64,000 bases of DNA from Nitrospinota bacterium (GTDB lineage Bacteria; Nitrospinota; Nitrospinia; Nitrospinales; VA-1): NCBI GenBank assembly GCA_013349585.1, contig DUZG01000001.1, forward strand, positions 3,499 through 67,498, given 5' to 3'. The translations under genes were made by a program, and so were the position numbers. Shown in pieces: positions 30,146 through 40,451 of the stretch. How positions within the stretch are numbered: the stretch's first letter is position 1; the number at the start of each line of letters is the position of its first letter. The notes under the pieces were generated by a model. It searched no databases. It was not told the DNA's origin and worked only from the letters and a program-made list of their open reading frames with translations.

Positions 30146-31084
30146 TCAGTTTTTGAGAGTGTGAACCGCTTTGGTGCTAAAAAAGAGATCGCGATAGTAT
30201 AAGGAAATAAGGATGGCCCAGAGTAAAACAAAACAACGGTCGAGTAGGGTCGCAAGCATCCCAGTTTGAAAACCCACACCCAACCATTGAGAGAACATTC
30301 CGATGGCTAATTCGCGAGTTCCTAGATCGCTATGGATAATTGGAATGGCGGAGATAACGGGGGTAAGAGTAATAAAGAGCAGGCAATACCCAAATGAGAT
30401 TTCAATGTTTAGTACTTTGCAAACCAGAAACAGCCTGAGCGCGCTCAAGCCAACAAGTAGTATGTTGTGGGTAGAAAGAAGGCAAAACAGCTTTTTGTTT
30501 TTTATTATCCGGTAAAGAGAGTTAATAGCCCGGATCAGTGCATTTAAAAATTTGTTCGAGCGATGCTGAAAATTGAAAGTTTTAGAGAAAAGGAGTATGA
30601 GAAATGCGGCCGCTGAAAAGTAACAAATAACCAAGGGAAAAAATATTTCCTTTTGCTCAAAAACTAGAGCAAGAGAGACAGTCAGTCCGCATAATGCGTT
30701 GATGAAAAAAAGAATCAAGTGGTCGGCCCCCTGGCTGCCTGCAAAGGACATGAAGGGGAATTCATGGCGTTGTTTTAAATAATTTGAGGTGAAAAGAGAG
30801 CCCGCCTTGAAAAAGAAATTGTTGAGAGAGGTGGTAATCGAAGAAAGTCCAATGATTTCGCTGAGATTCAATTGGATGTTGTACGAACCTGCTAAGATCT
30901 TTAATTTTGATCCGTTGATTAACAGTGAGGCGATAACGATTCCTGCAATAAGAAAAAATTGTCCGGCAGATATTTCTTTCAGGGCAAGCAGATTGCTCTG
31001 ATGCTTGGCAAGCTGCGAACCCAGCAGGAAAATTAATAGTCCTGTGACTGCTAATTTGAAAATGTTATTCCATCCAGAAAACAT
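30146..31084 (-). CDS. Flippase-like / LPG-synthase-TM (UPF0104) family membrane protein
   Basis: About 8 TM helices in roughly 310 aa. The size, topology and glycosyltransferase context fit PF03706-type proteins. The assignment is from general resemblance only. Confidence 0.4.
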   Translation of the reverse strand: MFSGWNNIFKLAVTGLLIFLLGSQLAKHQSNLLALKEISAGQFFLIAGIVIASLLINGSKLKILAGSYNIQLNLSEIIGLSSITTSLNNFFFKAGSLFTSNYLKQRHEFPFMSFAGSQGADHLILFFINALCGLTVSLALVFEQKEIFFPLVICYFSAAAFLILLFSKTFNFQHRSNKFLNALIRAINSLYRIIKNKKLFCLLSTHNILLVGLSALRLFLVCKVLNIEISFGYCLLFITLTPVISAIPIIHSDLGTRELAIGMFSQWLGVGFQTGMLATLLDRCFVLLWAILISLYYRDLFFSTKAVHTLKN

Positions 31085-31396
31085 AGGTTTGTTGAGAAAT
31101 GTTATTGACGGGCATCAATGCTTTGTCTGCGATCACCTGAAGTTTTTAGGGGAGAGAGCAACCGCGGCTATTTGATACGGAACAGATTTTCTCACTTTTT
31201 AGCGTTTAGATCAATTGAAAGAAAATCTTGGTTTTTTTTGAGCTTTATACAGATCGCATATAGATAAAGATGGTTAGAGTTTTTTTTCGATAACGATAGA
31301 GAGAGATTTGAGGATAAAGAGATATCTCAGAAGGTTTAATTGACTATTCCTTACAGGGGTGGTTTTGAAAATTGTTATGAATTCTTGGTGCGAAAT

Positions 31397-32110
31397 ATGA
31401 TTATTGGTTCTGGCATGCTTGCGCGGGCATTTGCCCATCCTTTTGCAGGCTCTAGAGAAAGTTGCGTTTATGCCGCAGGTGTTTCAAATTCGAATTGTTC
31501 TGATCAACGCGAATTTGATCGTGAACGAGATCGGCTTATGATTGCAATGGAGCAACACAGATTAGTAGATTTATTTCTATACTTTGGCACTTGCAGTGCT
31601 AATGGTTCTCTGAATTCTCCTTATGTGCAGCATAAGATTAGAATGGAAAAAATTGTTGCTGAACATCCTCGATACCTAATCCTTCGATTGCCTCAGACTG
31701 CAGGAAAAACAGAAAATCCCCATACTTTGTTGAATTATATTTTTACCAGAATAATTAGAAGTGAACGATTTCAAATCTGGAAGAATGCCCGACGTAACAT
31801 AATCGATGTAGATGATGTGGTGCGGATTGCTGTTGGTCTTGCATTAGAAGAAGGGGTGCGAAGAGAATGTATCAATGTTGCAAATTTTTCAGATTATTCT
31901 ATGAGTGATGTAGTGGCTATAATGGAAAAGGTGGTGGGTAAGAAGGCCATTTTTGACTCTTTGAATAAGGGAGATACTTACCCCATTGATACGCTGCGTA
32001 TTGATAGGGTGGCTCGGCGCTGTGGTGTTGTATTTGGTTCGGATTATTTAGAGCCCGTCATTATAAAGTATTATGAATTCAGAGCTTATGAAGAAATCTC
32101 TTTTTCCTGA
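31397..32110 (+). CDS. SDR-fold NAD(P)-dependent reductase/epimerase-like protein
   Basis: N-terminal MIIGSGMLARAF (GxGxxA) and a YxxxK catalytic motif (SPYVQHK). I prefer ATG 31397 to the TTG at 31340. Confidence 0.5.
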   Translation: MIIGSGMLARAFAHPFAGSRESCVYAAGVSNSNCSDQREFDRERDRLMIAMEQHRLVDLFLYFGTCSANGSLNSPYVQHKIRMEKIVAEHPRYLILRLPQTAGKTENPHTLLNYIFTRIIRSERFQIWKNARRNIIDVDDVVRIAVGLALEEGVRRECINVANFSDYSMSDVVAIMEKVVGKKAIFDSLNKGDTYPIDTLRIDRVARRCGVVFGSDYLEPVIIKYYEFRAYEEISFS

Positions 32111-32175
32111 TGATCAATTTTAAAAGAACAGTATTAAGTCAGCGCAGATACCTTTGGTGAGGATCAGGAGGAAGG

Positions 32176-33426
32176 CTACGGCTTCAAACTTTTGTCAATG
32201 TCTTCATAAATGTCCATATACTGTTCGGCAACGGCTTGCCATCTAAAGAATTTAATTATGTGTTCTTTTCCGTTTTGTTCCAATTGTTGTTTCAATTCAC
32301 TGTCTTTGCATAAAGTTATTATTGCTTCGGTAATCGCCTTTGGATCTTTCTGATGAATCAGTAATCCCGTTTCTCCATTCTTCACCATATCTTTAATTCC
32401 CCCCACATCTGATGCAATAATTGCTGTTTTTGAGGCCATTGCTTCAATGAAAGCCGCAGGCTGCCCTTCGGTATCCCCCCCCTCGGCAACGATTGATGGC
32501 CCAATAAATATGTCAGCTGTGGCGTAATAACGGCTTAAATCAGATCGTGATTGGCCTCCTACGAATATTATTTTTTCTTCCAGGTTGAGATTTTTAACCT
32601 GAGTTTTAAGTTCAATTTCCTTTGGCCCATATCCTATAAAAACGAGTTTGGCTTTTGGGAATTCATTGAGAACCTCTGGTATTGCGTCAATCAGATATTT
32701 AAAACCTTTTTTTTCTGCAAATCGGCCTACTGCAAGAAGAAAGGGGCCGTCAATTTTTAATTCAATTTTAAGTTGAGGGTCAAACTTTTTTTCGTTAAAA
32801 AATTTTTCATCAACCCCGACAGGGATGTATTGAAGTTTTGTAAAGGGAGATAACACTTTTAGATTTTGTATGAGGTCATGGCTGTTTGCAGTGCATAACA
32901 GGGAGTTTTTTAGAACCAGACTCTTTAGAAAACGAAAGCCAGGTATATTTCGGAATGAAAAAACATCGCCACCCAAGGCCGTCAAGATATAGGGAATATT
33001 GTAAAGCTTATGAATGATAAGAGAAAAAAAGCCCTGGGGGATTAGCCAGTTGCAATGGATGAAATTGATTTTATGTTTGCGCACGGCTTTTAATATAGCA
33101 AGGAATTGGAAAATCAGAAAAAAAGGCAACTGAAAACGAGCCAGCCAGCTGGACTTGAGATTCGGCAGTATTCCCCCTTCATAGCAAAGGCGTTGTAGCC
33201 GAGTAGGCAAAAAATAGGGGAAGCGGGTTATTCGAACACCTTCCATTTCTTCTGAGTATTTTGCCCCCTCAAAATGGGGTACCAGCACCCATGTTTCTAC
33301 TTTTGGAGCGAGTTGCTGGTTGAGATCAAAGACGAAATGGGGTGTTGAATCTTTTTCCCATCTTGGATAGGTCGTCGCTAAAACTAAAACGCGCAAGTGA
33401 CTTAATGGTTTACTTGGTTTTGGCAT
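32176..33426 (-). CDS. Glycosyltransferase family 4 (GT-B)
   Basis: C-terminal signature EGQPAAFIEAMASKTAIIASDVGGIKDMVKNGETGLL, with the N-terminal RVLVLATTYP. Confidence 0.8.
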   Translation of the reverse strand: MPKPSKPLSHLRVLVLATTYPRWEKDSTPHFVFDLNQQLAPKVETWVLVPHFEGAKYSEEMEGVRITRFPYFLPTRLQRLCYEGGILPNLKSSWLARFQLPFFLIFQFLAILKAVRKHKINFIHCNWLIPQGFFSLIIHKLYNIPYILTALGGDVFSFRNIPGFRFLKSLVLKNSLLCTANSHDLIQNLKVLSPFTKLQYIPVGVDEKFFNEKKFDPQLKIELKIDGPFLLAVGRFAEKKGFKYLIDAIPEVLNEFPKAKLVFIGYGPKEIELKTQVKNLNLEEKIIFVGGQSRSDLSRYYATADIFIGPSIVAEGGDTEGQPAAFIEAMASKTAIIASDVGGIKDMVKNGETGLLIHQKDPKAITEAIITLCKDSELKQQLEQNGKEHIIKFFRWQAVAEQYMDIYEDIDKSLKP

Positions 33427-33462
33427 TTTAAAGCGATTTTGGTTATGTTGAGATAAATGGGG

Positions 33463-34410
33463 TTACTTCCTTTTTCCCAGCTCATCCTTTTTTATTCTCA
33501 CCTGAATATCTTCTAAAAGTTGTCTGTTTACCGAGATGAGTTCTGCGGCTATTCCCATCATAATAATTTGAAAGCCAACAATAAGGAGGATAGCGGATAA
33601 AATCAGAGATTGGATATGGCCCTCAGTCTGTCCCATGAAAAAGAAGAATAGGTATCGACAGCCAATTGCAAATCCAAGTAAGAATGTGGTGCCCCCAGCG
33701 AGAGTGAAAAGCCTTAAAGGGCGGTACATGGAATAAACTTTGAGCATGGTAACCAGAGACCGCTGCAAATAAACTCGAATGCTGGGAAACAGCCTAGATT
33801 CGCGTAATTTTGTATTGGTTTTTACCGGAACGTGCGCAATGGCCAGATTTTTTTTCCCGGCACTGATTATTGTTTCAATAGTATAGGTGAAATCTGAAAC
33901 TACATTCAGTTGCAGAGCCGCGTCCCGACTATAAGCGCGAAATCCACTTGTCGCATCTGGAACTTCAGTGCCTGATAATTGCCGCACAACCCAACTTCCG
34001 AATTTTTGAAGAAATATTTTTATCGGGGAAAAGTGGCGGATGGTTTCCACTTGCCGGTCTCCGACAACGATATCCGCATCTTTTTTTAGAATAGGTTGAA
34101 TCAGTTTGACTATGTCGCCACCAAAATATTGATTGTCGCCATCTGTATTGACTATGATATCCGCACCCAGTTTCAATGATTGATTGATTCCAGAGATGAA
34201 TGCTTTAGCCAGCCCCTTATTGTTAGTGAATTGAAGCACATGATGCACCCCCAGTTTTTTGGCCACTTCAACTGTCTTGTCTGAACTACCATCGTCAATG
34301 ATCAGAATTTCGATTGTATCAATCCCCTCAATTTGCTTTGGCAGGTCTTCCAGGGTTTTGGGGAGAGAGAGTTCTTCGTTTAAGCAGGGAATTTGTATGA
34401 TTAGTTTCAC
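33463..34410 (-). CDS. Family 2 glycosyltransferase with two C-terminal TM helices (polyprenyl-phosphate glycosyltransferase type: ArnC/GtrB/Dpm1-like)
   Basis: Motifs: IQIPCLNE, IIDDGSSDKT, NTDGDNQ (DxD), ATSGFRAY. Two TM helices follow (LFTLAGGTTFLLGFAIG; SLILSAILLIVGFQIIMMGIAAELI). Confidence 0.8.
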   Translation of the reverse strand: MKLIIQIPCLNEELSLPKTLEDLPKQIEGIDTIEILIIDDGSSDKTVEVAKKLGVHHVLQFTNNKGLAKAFISGINQSLKLGADIIVNTDGDNQYFGGDIVKLIQPILKKDADIVVGDRQVETIRHFSPIKIFLQKFGSWVVRQLSGTEVPDATSGFRAYSRDAALQLNVVSDFTYTIETIISAGKKNLAIAHVPVKTNTKLRESRLFPSIRVYLQRSLVTMLKVYSMYRPLRLFTLAGGTTFLLGFAIGCRYLFFFFMGQTEGHIQSLILSAILLIVGFQIIMMGIAAELISVNRQLLEDIQVRIKKDELGKRK

Positions 34411-34430
34411 AGGATCAGTCGTATGGTTAT

Positions 34431-36140
34431 TCAGATTTTATCGGAGCGTTGGAATATATAGACTTTATCGGCGGAAATAGGAGATTTGAAAAGGTGTATT
34501 TGAATTTCGTAGGAATTATTGACCCTTTTTACCGGGGCATTCAATTCAAATTGTTCATATTGATTGTTTTTCAAAATGAATCTAATTTTTTTCTTTAAAG
34601 GGCTAGTTTTTTCCTCTGAATGAAGAGCCCATTGATCGCCTCGTAAAACGATCCAATCTGGTATGCTTTTGTTAGTTAGCTCGCTGTTATGAATCATCTT
34701 GAACCCTGTGTAAAAAGCAAGAGATTCAACTTCGTTGTCAATATAGCATGTTTCCCCCTTTTTCCCATGTATTTCAAAAAATGCAACAATTCCATTTAAG
34801 GGGCCTCGATAGGGGTTGGCAAGCTCTCCCCAGTATTGAAAAAAAATGGACTTGAATTTCACTTCCCGCATAAAAGTCTGGTAAACGCCTTTAAAGTACA
34901 AACTGGGTTGGGCGTCAGGTTGCGGGGATTGGAGTAATTGCTTAACTGGAACCAAGGGGCCCACGTGAATCAGGTTCGAAAAAATAAGAATGGCTGCAAA
35001 GAGGATTTTCTGAATTATGGAGCTTCTAAATAAATGTACGTTTATCCACCCTAACAGGGTAAAGAATATGGGAATGCTGGCGGCGATGTAATGCAATTGT
35101 GGAATGGAATGTAACGAAGCAGTTAGCAAAATAAAAAAAATGCAAATGAGTAAAAGCGAAATAGAACGATTGAATTTTTTTATAGGTAATAAAAATATCA
35201 AGGGAACCAATATAAGAGGGAAAATGTAGTTGTTTATTTGGAAAAGGAATCCCGCAAAATGTTTTAAATAGCCTAATGAAGAGGTGTCTATATATGGACT
35301 GGTGGAAGTGTAAAATTCGGCTATTTTTTTTGATAGAGCAGGAAGGAAAAATAGCCAGGGTAAACACAATAGAGCGGTAACGGCAGCAGGAATTTTAATC
35401 TTTCTTAGATTATTTCGATCAACTTCGTTTCTATAAATAAATAAATGAATTAGCATTCCTGTTATAAGGCCGGCAAACTCGACATACATTGTATGAAAAA
35501 AAATAATTGATGTAACGGTAAAGGGAACAGGATTCCATTTTTTCTTTTCAAAAATATCGATATAAAAAGAGAGCAGAATGGGAGTCAGTAATATAGGAAT
35601 GGCAACGTAACGAGAGGTTCTGAAATAAAGAAGCGCGGGAACACACGTGGCTAAAAATGTTGCAGCCAAAACGGATGCAGATTTATCCTGAGTGATGCGA
35701 ATTGCTAAATGATAAAGGCACCAGATGGAAAAAAAACCAGCTAGGGCGAAAGGTAGTCTGGCAGCAAAAGTATTGTTTCCTAAAAAATTTAATGAAATAG
35801 CCTGGAGATAATAGGGAACCCAGGTTCGATAAATAAACAGACCTTCGAAGATGTCAGCATAGGGCATGGTGTGGTTCAACCCATCTGAATGCATAGGCAA
35901 TCCATGCTTCAAGATTGTTGTCGAAACAAAAGTGTCTCCTCCCTCATCGACTTGCATTACACTGTCATCCAGACCGGTGAATATAGTTAAAAATGCAATG
36001 GGAAGAAGGAGAGTTAAGGCCAGATGAGACTTGAAAAATAATCGGATAGATGTCACTAGATACCCTATAATCAGGTCGTTTAAAACCCCGTTATTATACC
36101 CAAGAGTCTGCCTTGCTTGGGGCGAAAATTGGATCTGCAC
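34431..36140 (-). CDS. Polytopic GT-C-fold (ArnT/PMT-like) glycosyltransferase candidate
   Basis: More than 10 TM helices, a first-loop acidic motif VMQVDEGGDTF, and a soluble C-terminal domain of about 150 aa. It lies directly downstream of the ArnC-like GT2. Confidence 0.55.
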   Translation of the reverse strand: MQIQFSPQARQTLGYNNGVLNDLIIGYLVTSIRLFFKSHLALTLLLPIAFLTIFTGLDDSVMQVDEGGDTFVSTTILKHGLPMHSDGLNHTMPYADIFEGLFIYRTWVPYYLQAISLNFLGNNTFAARLPFALAGFFSIWCLYHLAIRITQDKSASVLAATFLATCVPALLYFRTSRYVAIPILLTPILLSFYIDIFEKKKWNPVPFTVTSIIFFHTMYVEFAGLITGMLIHLFIYRNEVDRNNLRKIKIPAAVTALLCLPWLFFLPALSKKIAEFYTSTSPYIDTSSLGYLKHFAGFLFQINNYIFPLILVPLIFLLPIKKFNRSISLLLICIFFILLTASLHSIPQLHYIAASIPIFFTLLGWINVHLFRSSIIQKILFAAILIFSNLIHVGPLVPVKQLLQSPQPDAQPSLYFKGVYQTFMREVKFKSIFFQYWGELANPYRGPLNGIVAFFEIHGKKGETCYIDNEVESLAFYTGFKMIHNSELTNKSIPDWIVLRGDQWALHSEEKTSPLKKKIRFILKNNQYEQFELNAPVKRVNNSYEIQIHLFKSPISADKVYIFQRSDKI

Positions 36141-36252
36141 TGTCCTTAAGAAAAGGGATTAAACGTTAATGTAATATATTAGCCTATGGTATCATCGCTT
36201 ATTTTGATATATCGGCTTTAAAAATCTCTGATGTTAGCTAAAAATTGAAATA

Positions 36253-36972
36253 ATGGAAACTCCTGAAATATCTGTAGTGGTATTAGCCTATCGAAGCGCA
36301 GCAACGATAACAAGTTTTGTTGATTCCCTTGTTGATTCCTTAGAAAATGAAAAATTATTGTGGGAAATTGTTCTGGTAGGAAATTACTTTGAAGGCGTTG
36401 GAGATCAAACTCCCGAGGTAGTTAGGGGTATTGCCGCCAAGGATTCACGAATAAAAGCGGTGGCCGAAATAAAAAAAGGCATGATGGGGTGGGATATGAA
36501 ATCTGGCTTGCAGGCAGCTACAGGAAGAACTTTGGCGGTAATAGATGGGGATGGGCAAATGCCCAGTAGCGATGTGATTCGCGTATACCAGTTAATGAAA
36601 ACAAATGGATTGGATTTCGCTAAAACCTACCGAGCAAAAAGGAATGATGGTTCTTATAGAAGGTTGATTTCCATTGTCTATAATATTTTATTCAAACTTC
36701 TATTCCCAGGAATCAATGCTTGGGATATGAATTCCAAACCTAAAATTATGACCCGTGAATTTTATGAAAAAGTGCATCTGGAGTCTAACGGATGGTTCAT
36801 CGATGCAGAAATTATGATTTTTGCCAGGCGGTTGCACGCCAAAATCGGAGAAATTGAAACCGTGTTCCACAGCATAGATTCTCGCCCTTCTTTTGTAAAA
36901 CCAAGTTCTATTCTTGAGTTTTTAGGTAATCTGTTTTGGTATAGAGTGAAAGAATTTTATACCCAAAAATAA
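36253..36972 (+). CDS. Family 2 glycosyltransferase
   Basis: Motifs: ISVVVLAYRS and VIDGDGQ (DxD), with the general GT-A layout. Confidence 0.7.
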   Translation: METPEISVVVLAYRSAATITSFVDSLVDSLENEKLLWEIVLVGNYFEGVGDQTPEVVRGIAAKDSRIKAVAEIKKGMMGWDMKSGLQAATGRTLAVIDGDGQMPSSDVIRVYQLMKTNGLDFAKTYRAKRNDGSYRRLISIVYNILFKLLFPGINAWDMNSKPKIMTREFYEKVHLESNGWFIDAEIMIFARRLHAKIGEIETVFHSIDSRPSFVKPSSILEFLGNLFWYRVKEFYTQK

Positions 36973-36987
36973 CCGTTTAGTGTCCGT

Positions 36988-37872
36988 ATGAAAATTCTCA
37001 TCACGGGGGCATCAAGTACCCTGGGTAAAAATCTGACTTCAGAATTATTGAAAACGGAACAGTTTTCGATTCGGCTCCTTGAGCATCGGTCACCGGTGCG
37101 CAAGGAAGATTGTGAAATCTTTCAGGGCAGTCTTCATGATATAGATGGCTTGGATAAGGCTTGTTCTGAGGTCGCCACCGTAGTTCATTTAGCCGCCTTG
37201 ACCCATTCCTCTTCCGGAAAAGCATATTTTAAAATCAATGAAGAGGGCACAAAAAACTTAATTTCTGCCTGCAAGGAAAATAATGTCAAGCGATTTATCT
37301 TTGTCAGCTCGGTAGCAGCTTCGGAGGAGGGTGGCGATTATGGAGTGAGTAAACTGAGATGTGAAGAGTTGGTTGGAAAATCAGGTCTTGACTGGGTGAT
37401 CCTTAGGCCCTCGGAAGTTTATGGGGTAAAGATGGAAGAGGGCATTGGTAAACTGGTTGCCTGGGTAGAAAAGTTTCCAATAATTCCTATTATTGGTGAT
37501 GGGTCGTATTTTCTGAGTCCAGTAAGTGTGGATGATGTGGTTCAGGTAATGGTGGAGATATTGAGGAATGATTCGATTAAAAAAGAAAACCTTAATTTAT
37601 GCGGACCGGAAAAAATGACTATGAATGAATTGATAGACCGACTTGCTCAGATTCAAAAGGTGAAGATAAAAAAAATATTTTTACCAATTTGGTTTGTCAG
37701 GGTAAGTATTGGGATTTTGTCAATTTTTAAATCAAGCATCGCCTTTTCTGATCAGATTCCGCGACTTTTATGCAGGAAGAATCATTCGATTGATAAAACC
37801 CAAGCGATCATTCCTTATAACCCGATAAAAATTGAGAAGGGTTTGTTGTTTTTTCAATCAAAAGAGGCTTAG
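36988..37872 (+). CDS. NAD-dependent epimerase/dehydratase (extended SDR)
   Basis: Motifs: MKILITGASSTLG, FVSSVAAS, YGVSKLRCE (YxxxK). Confidence 0.75.
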   Translation: MKILITGASSTLGKNLTSELLKTEQFSIRLLEHRSPVRKEDCEIFQGSLHDIDGLDKACSEVATVVHLAALTHSSSGKAYFKINEEGTKNLISACKENNVKRFIFVSSVAASEEGGDYGVSKLRCEELVGKSGLDWVILRPSEVYGVKMEEGIGKLVAWVEKFPIIPIIGDGSYFLSPVSVDDVVQVMVEILRNDSIKKENLNLCGPEKMTMNELIDRLAQIQKVKIKKIFLPIWFVRVSIGILSIFKSSIAFSDQIPRLLCRKNHSIDKTQAIIPYNPIKIEKGLLFFQSKEA

Positions 37873-38645
37873 TCTTTTTGACCCGTCACCAGATATTGCC
37901 CGCCAAGAGGTAGCCAACCCAAATAAGGATCCATAAAATTAAGTGCAGATAAAAATTTAGGAAAGAAGGTCGTGTAGATTACTTGAATGTTTGATAAAGA
38001 AACTTGGGTGAAGTAGTTTTTGAGGTTTTTTGAGTAGAGGAGTACTACATCTTCATCAATAGGGCAATCTTTGACGAGTTTTTGTGTGATAGGGTTGAGT
38101 GGATTATGCTCCCAGATCACCAGTCTTCCTCCCTGATTTAGGAGGGAAGATAGCTTGTTGATAAGCCCCATATGTCGAACATGGGGGATATGGTGGAATA
38201 CCCCGGCAGAAAATATAAGGTCATATCCATTTGCTTCCCACTCCTTTGAATCGTGTTCTTGAAAATCTACATCACCAGGATAACGAGAACGAGCTTTTAG
38301 AATCGAATCCTTTGAAAGGTCTACTCCTGTGTAAACAACGGTTGGAAAAAAATTTGCAACTTGCCCGTAAAGATTTCCGACTCCGCAACCAAAGTCCAAT
38401 AAACGAAACGGTTTTTCTGATAAAGATGGAAAAAGACTTCGTAACTTATGAAGCTTGGCAGAGACAAAATTATCTGCATCGTAACCAGTCTGGCGAATGA
38501 CATTATTGACCATTTCATTGTAGTTGTTAGAATAAGAGTCAAAAATTTGGACGTTACACCCACTTGCAACGGGATACCCCATAGTAGGAGTGCTGTTTAG
38601 CTGCTGTATTCCCTGTGAAGTTGAATCGACTATTTCAAGTGCCAT
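37869..38645 (-). CDS. Class I SAM-dependent methyltransferase
   Basis: Motifs: LLDFGCGVGNL, GVDLSKD, DLIFSAGVFHHIP, LNQGGRLVIWEHN. Its stop overlaps the convergent gene's stop (TTAG). Confidence 0.7.
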   Translation of the reverse strand: MALEIVDSTSQGIQQLNSTPTMGYPVASGCNVQIFDSYSNNYNEMVNNVIRQTGYDADNFVSAKLHKLRSLFPSLSEKPFRLLDFGCGVGNLYGQVANFFPTVVYTGVDLSKDSILKARSRYPGDVDFQEHDSKEWEANGYDLIFSAGVFHHIPHVRHMGLINKLSSLLNQGGRLVIWEHNPLNPITQKLVKDCPIDEDVVLLYSKNLKNYFTQVSLSNIQVIYTTFFPKFLSALNFMDPYLGWLPLGGQYLVTGQKD

Positions 38646-38922
38646 GATGAAGATTCGTTTTAATTCCTAATGAGTTTTTTATCTATATATATTTGTATCG
38701 GAAAAAATAGACGAGAACATAATAAAAAACACAAATCTGGTCTCATCACCTAAAAAATAATATTTTAAATTCCGGTTATTCAGTTACCCCTATGAAAATA
38801 AATCTTTCTTGAAGATTATGATACGTTTTTAAAGCGGTTGGCTTGAATCATAGTTCAAATTGCCGTAAAAATGGGTTGCAACTAAGATAAGTTTTTCAAC
38901 CGATTCGGGAGTGAGAACTTAG

Positions 38923-40052
38923 TCAAAGAGAACGATACAGGTTCGTATATTGATTCATGATATTTCCCCAGTCAAATCTGTTTTTGACTTCATTCTGGAT
39001 CCGACGCCCCATTTGTAGTCTTAAATTGCTATTTCTTAAAGATTCAATGCGCTCTTTTATTTCTTCAGGCTTTCCAGATATCTGGAAACCGGTTTCCCCT
39101 TCAATAATTATGTCCCGTGCAATGCCTACAGACGTAGAAATCAAGGGCAGGCCATGTGCGGCAGCTTCAAGTAGAGGCTGCCCAAAATTTTCGTATAGAG
39201 ATGGATAAACAAAAATGTCAGCCGATTGGTAAATAGTTTTTAATTCTAGCGGTGTTTTCTTTCCAACAAACGTCACCTTGTTTTCCAGGTTCAATTGCTT
39301 TGTAAGTTGTGTTAGTTCGTTTAGATAACCCGTGCGTGTGACACTGCTGGTTTTTTCTTCCCCGCCAGCTATGGTTAGATGAAAAGGAAAGTTCAACTGA
39401 CTTGCAGCTTGAAGGAGTAACTCAATTCGCCTGACACGGGCTATGCGGCCAACAAATAGGATTTGCATCTGTTCGAATACGCTTTGATCCTTCTTAATTC
39501 TTTCTACCTCAATGCCCATAGGAATAATATGGATTTTATCTTTTGCGATTCCAAACTCAAGAGCATCTTCGTATTCAAATTTTGAGGAAACGATTATAGC
39601 CTGTGCTCTTTTTGCCGAAGTCTTTAACGTGGCAATATCGTAAAGATGATAGGGCAATCTTTGCGCGAAAGAAGGAAGATAGTTTTTAAAACCGAGAAGT
39701 GAGCCGTGGGTATTTAAGACGAAGGGCTTGCTTTTGGTGCGAGCAAAAAAAAACCACTATCGGTTTGAAAATTACGGTAATTGTGGCTGTGTAAGATATC
39801 AAAGTTTTTCAAGTGGGACAACATTCGCGCGCTGACAAGATAGCGCATGATTTTTAATTGCGATTTGAATCGATGGACAGTAACCCTGCCAATTGTTTCC
39901 AATTTAGGGAGAGTGTGGGAAACATCGGAATAGGTCGTATAAACCGGAGATGAAACGCCTTTCTCCTCAAGACGATTAGATATTTGAAATGCCTGATTAA
40001 CGGGACCGCAAATATAAGGCAAAAAAGTTTCTATGGTACGTAAAACCTTCAA
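38923..40052 (-). pseudogene. Family 4 glycosyltransferase split by a frameshift in a T9 homopolymer (A9 on the plus strand, 39745-39753)
   Basis: The N-terminal fragment (39714-40052) ends ...HNYRNFQTDSGFFLLAPKASPSS*. With one extra T the frame reads ...DSGFFFARTKSKPFVLNTHGSLLGFKNYLPSFAQRLPYHLYD and runs into the C-terminal fragment (38923-39657), which carries the GT4 signature ENFGQPLLEAAAHGLPLISTSVGIARDIIIEGETG. Confidence 0.75.
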
Positions 40053-40447
40053 AGTTGCTCCAGATTTGAAGAATCGATTTGCCAGTTGGATTGTCTAATT
40101 TGTCTTTCCAATGTTTTCTTTTCGAGGTCCAAAATCCCTATGCTCTGAGTCAGTTTGCGGACTTGGTTGGTCAAGGCAGAAATTCGAATGGAGAAGTGTA
40201 GACAGATGACCATGAGGAATAACAACCCAAAAAAGAATAAAGTGGATGTGAATAAAGTGGCTCCGACTAATTCGGAAACCCACTTTAGTAGTCCCTCAGA
40301 AACCGATAGGGCTAACATGCTAGTTCCTGTTACGAGCCAACCCATGGAATATTCTTCGCTCAGATGCTTTCTTCTGACGAGTTCGAAAACGTAAGCAACA
40401 AGAAAAATACAGATTAATATGGATATGATTTGAATTTTAGGTGGCAT
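40049..40447 (-). CDS. DUF2304-like small membrane protein
   Basis: About 130 aa with N-terminal TM helices, the RRKHLSEEYSMGWL motif and a C-terminal coiled coil. It follows a GT2 gene, which is the usual DUF2304 context. It has a 4-nt overlap with the next gene. Confidence 0.6.
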   Translation of the reverse strand: MPPKIQIISILICIFLVAYVFELVRRKHLSEEYSMGWLVTGTSMLALSVSEGLLKWVSELVGATLFTSTLFFFGLLFLMVICLHFSIRISALTNQVRKLTQSIGILDLEKKTLERQIRQSNWQIDSSNLEQL

Positions 40448-40451
40448 GGTT

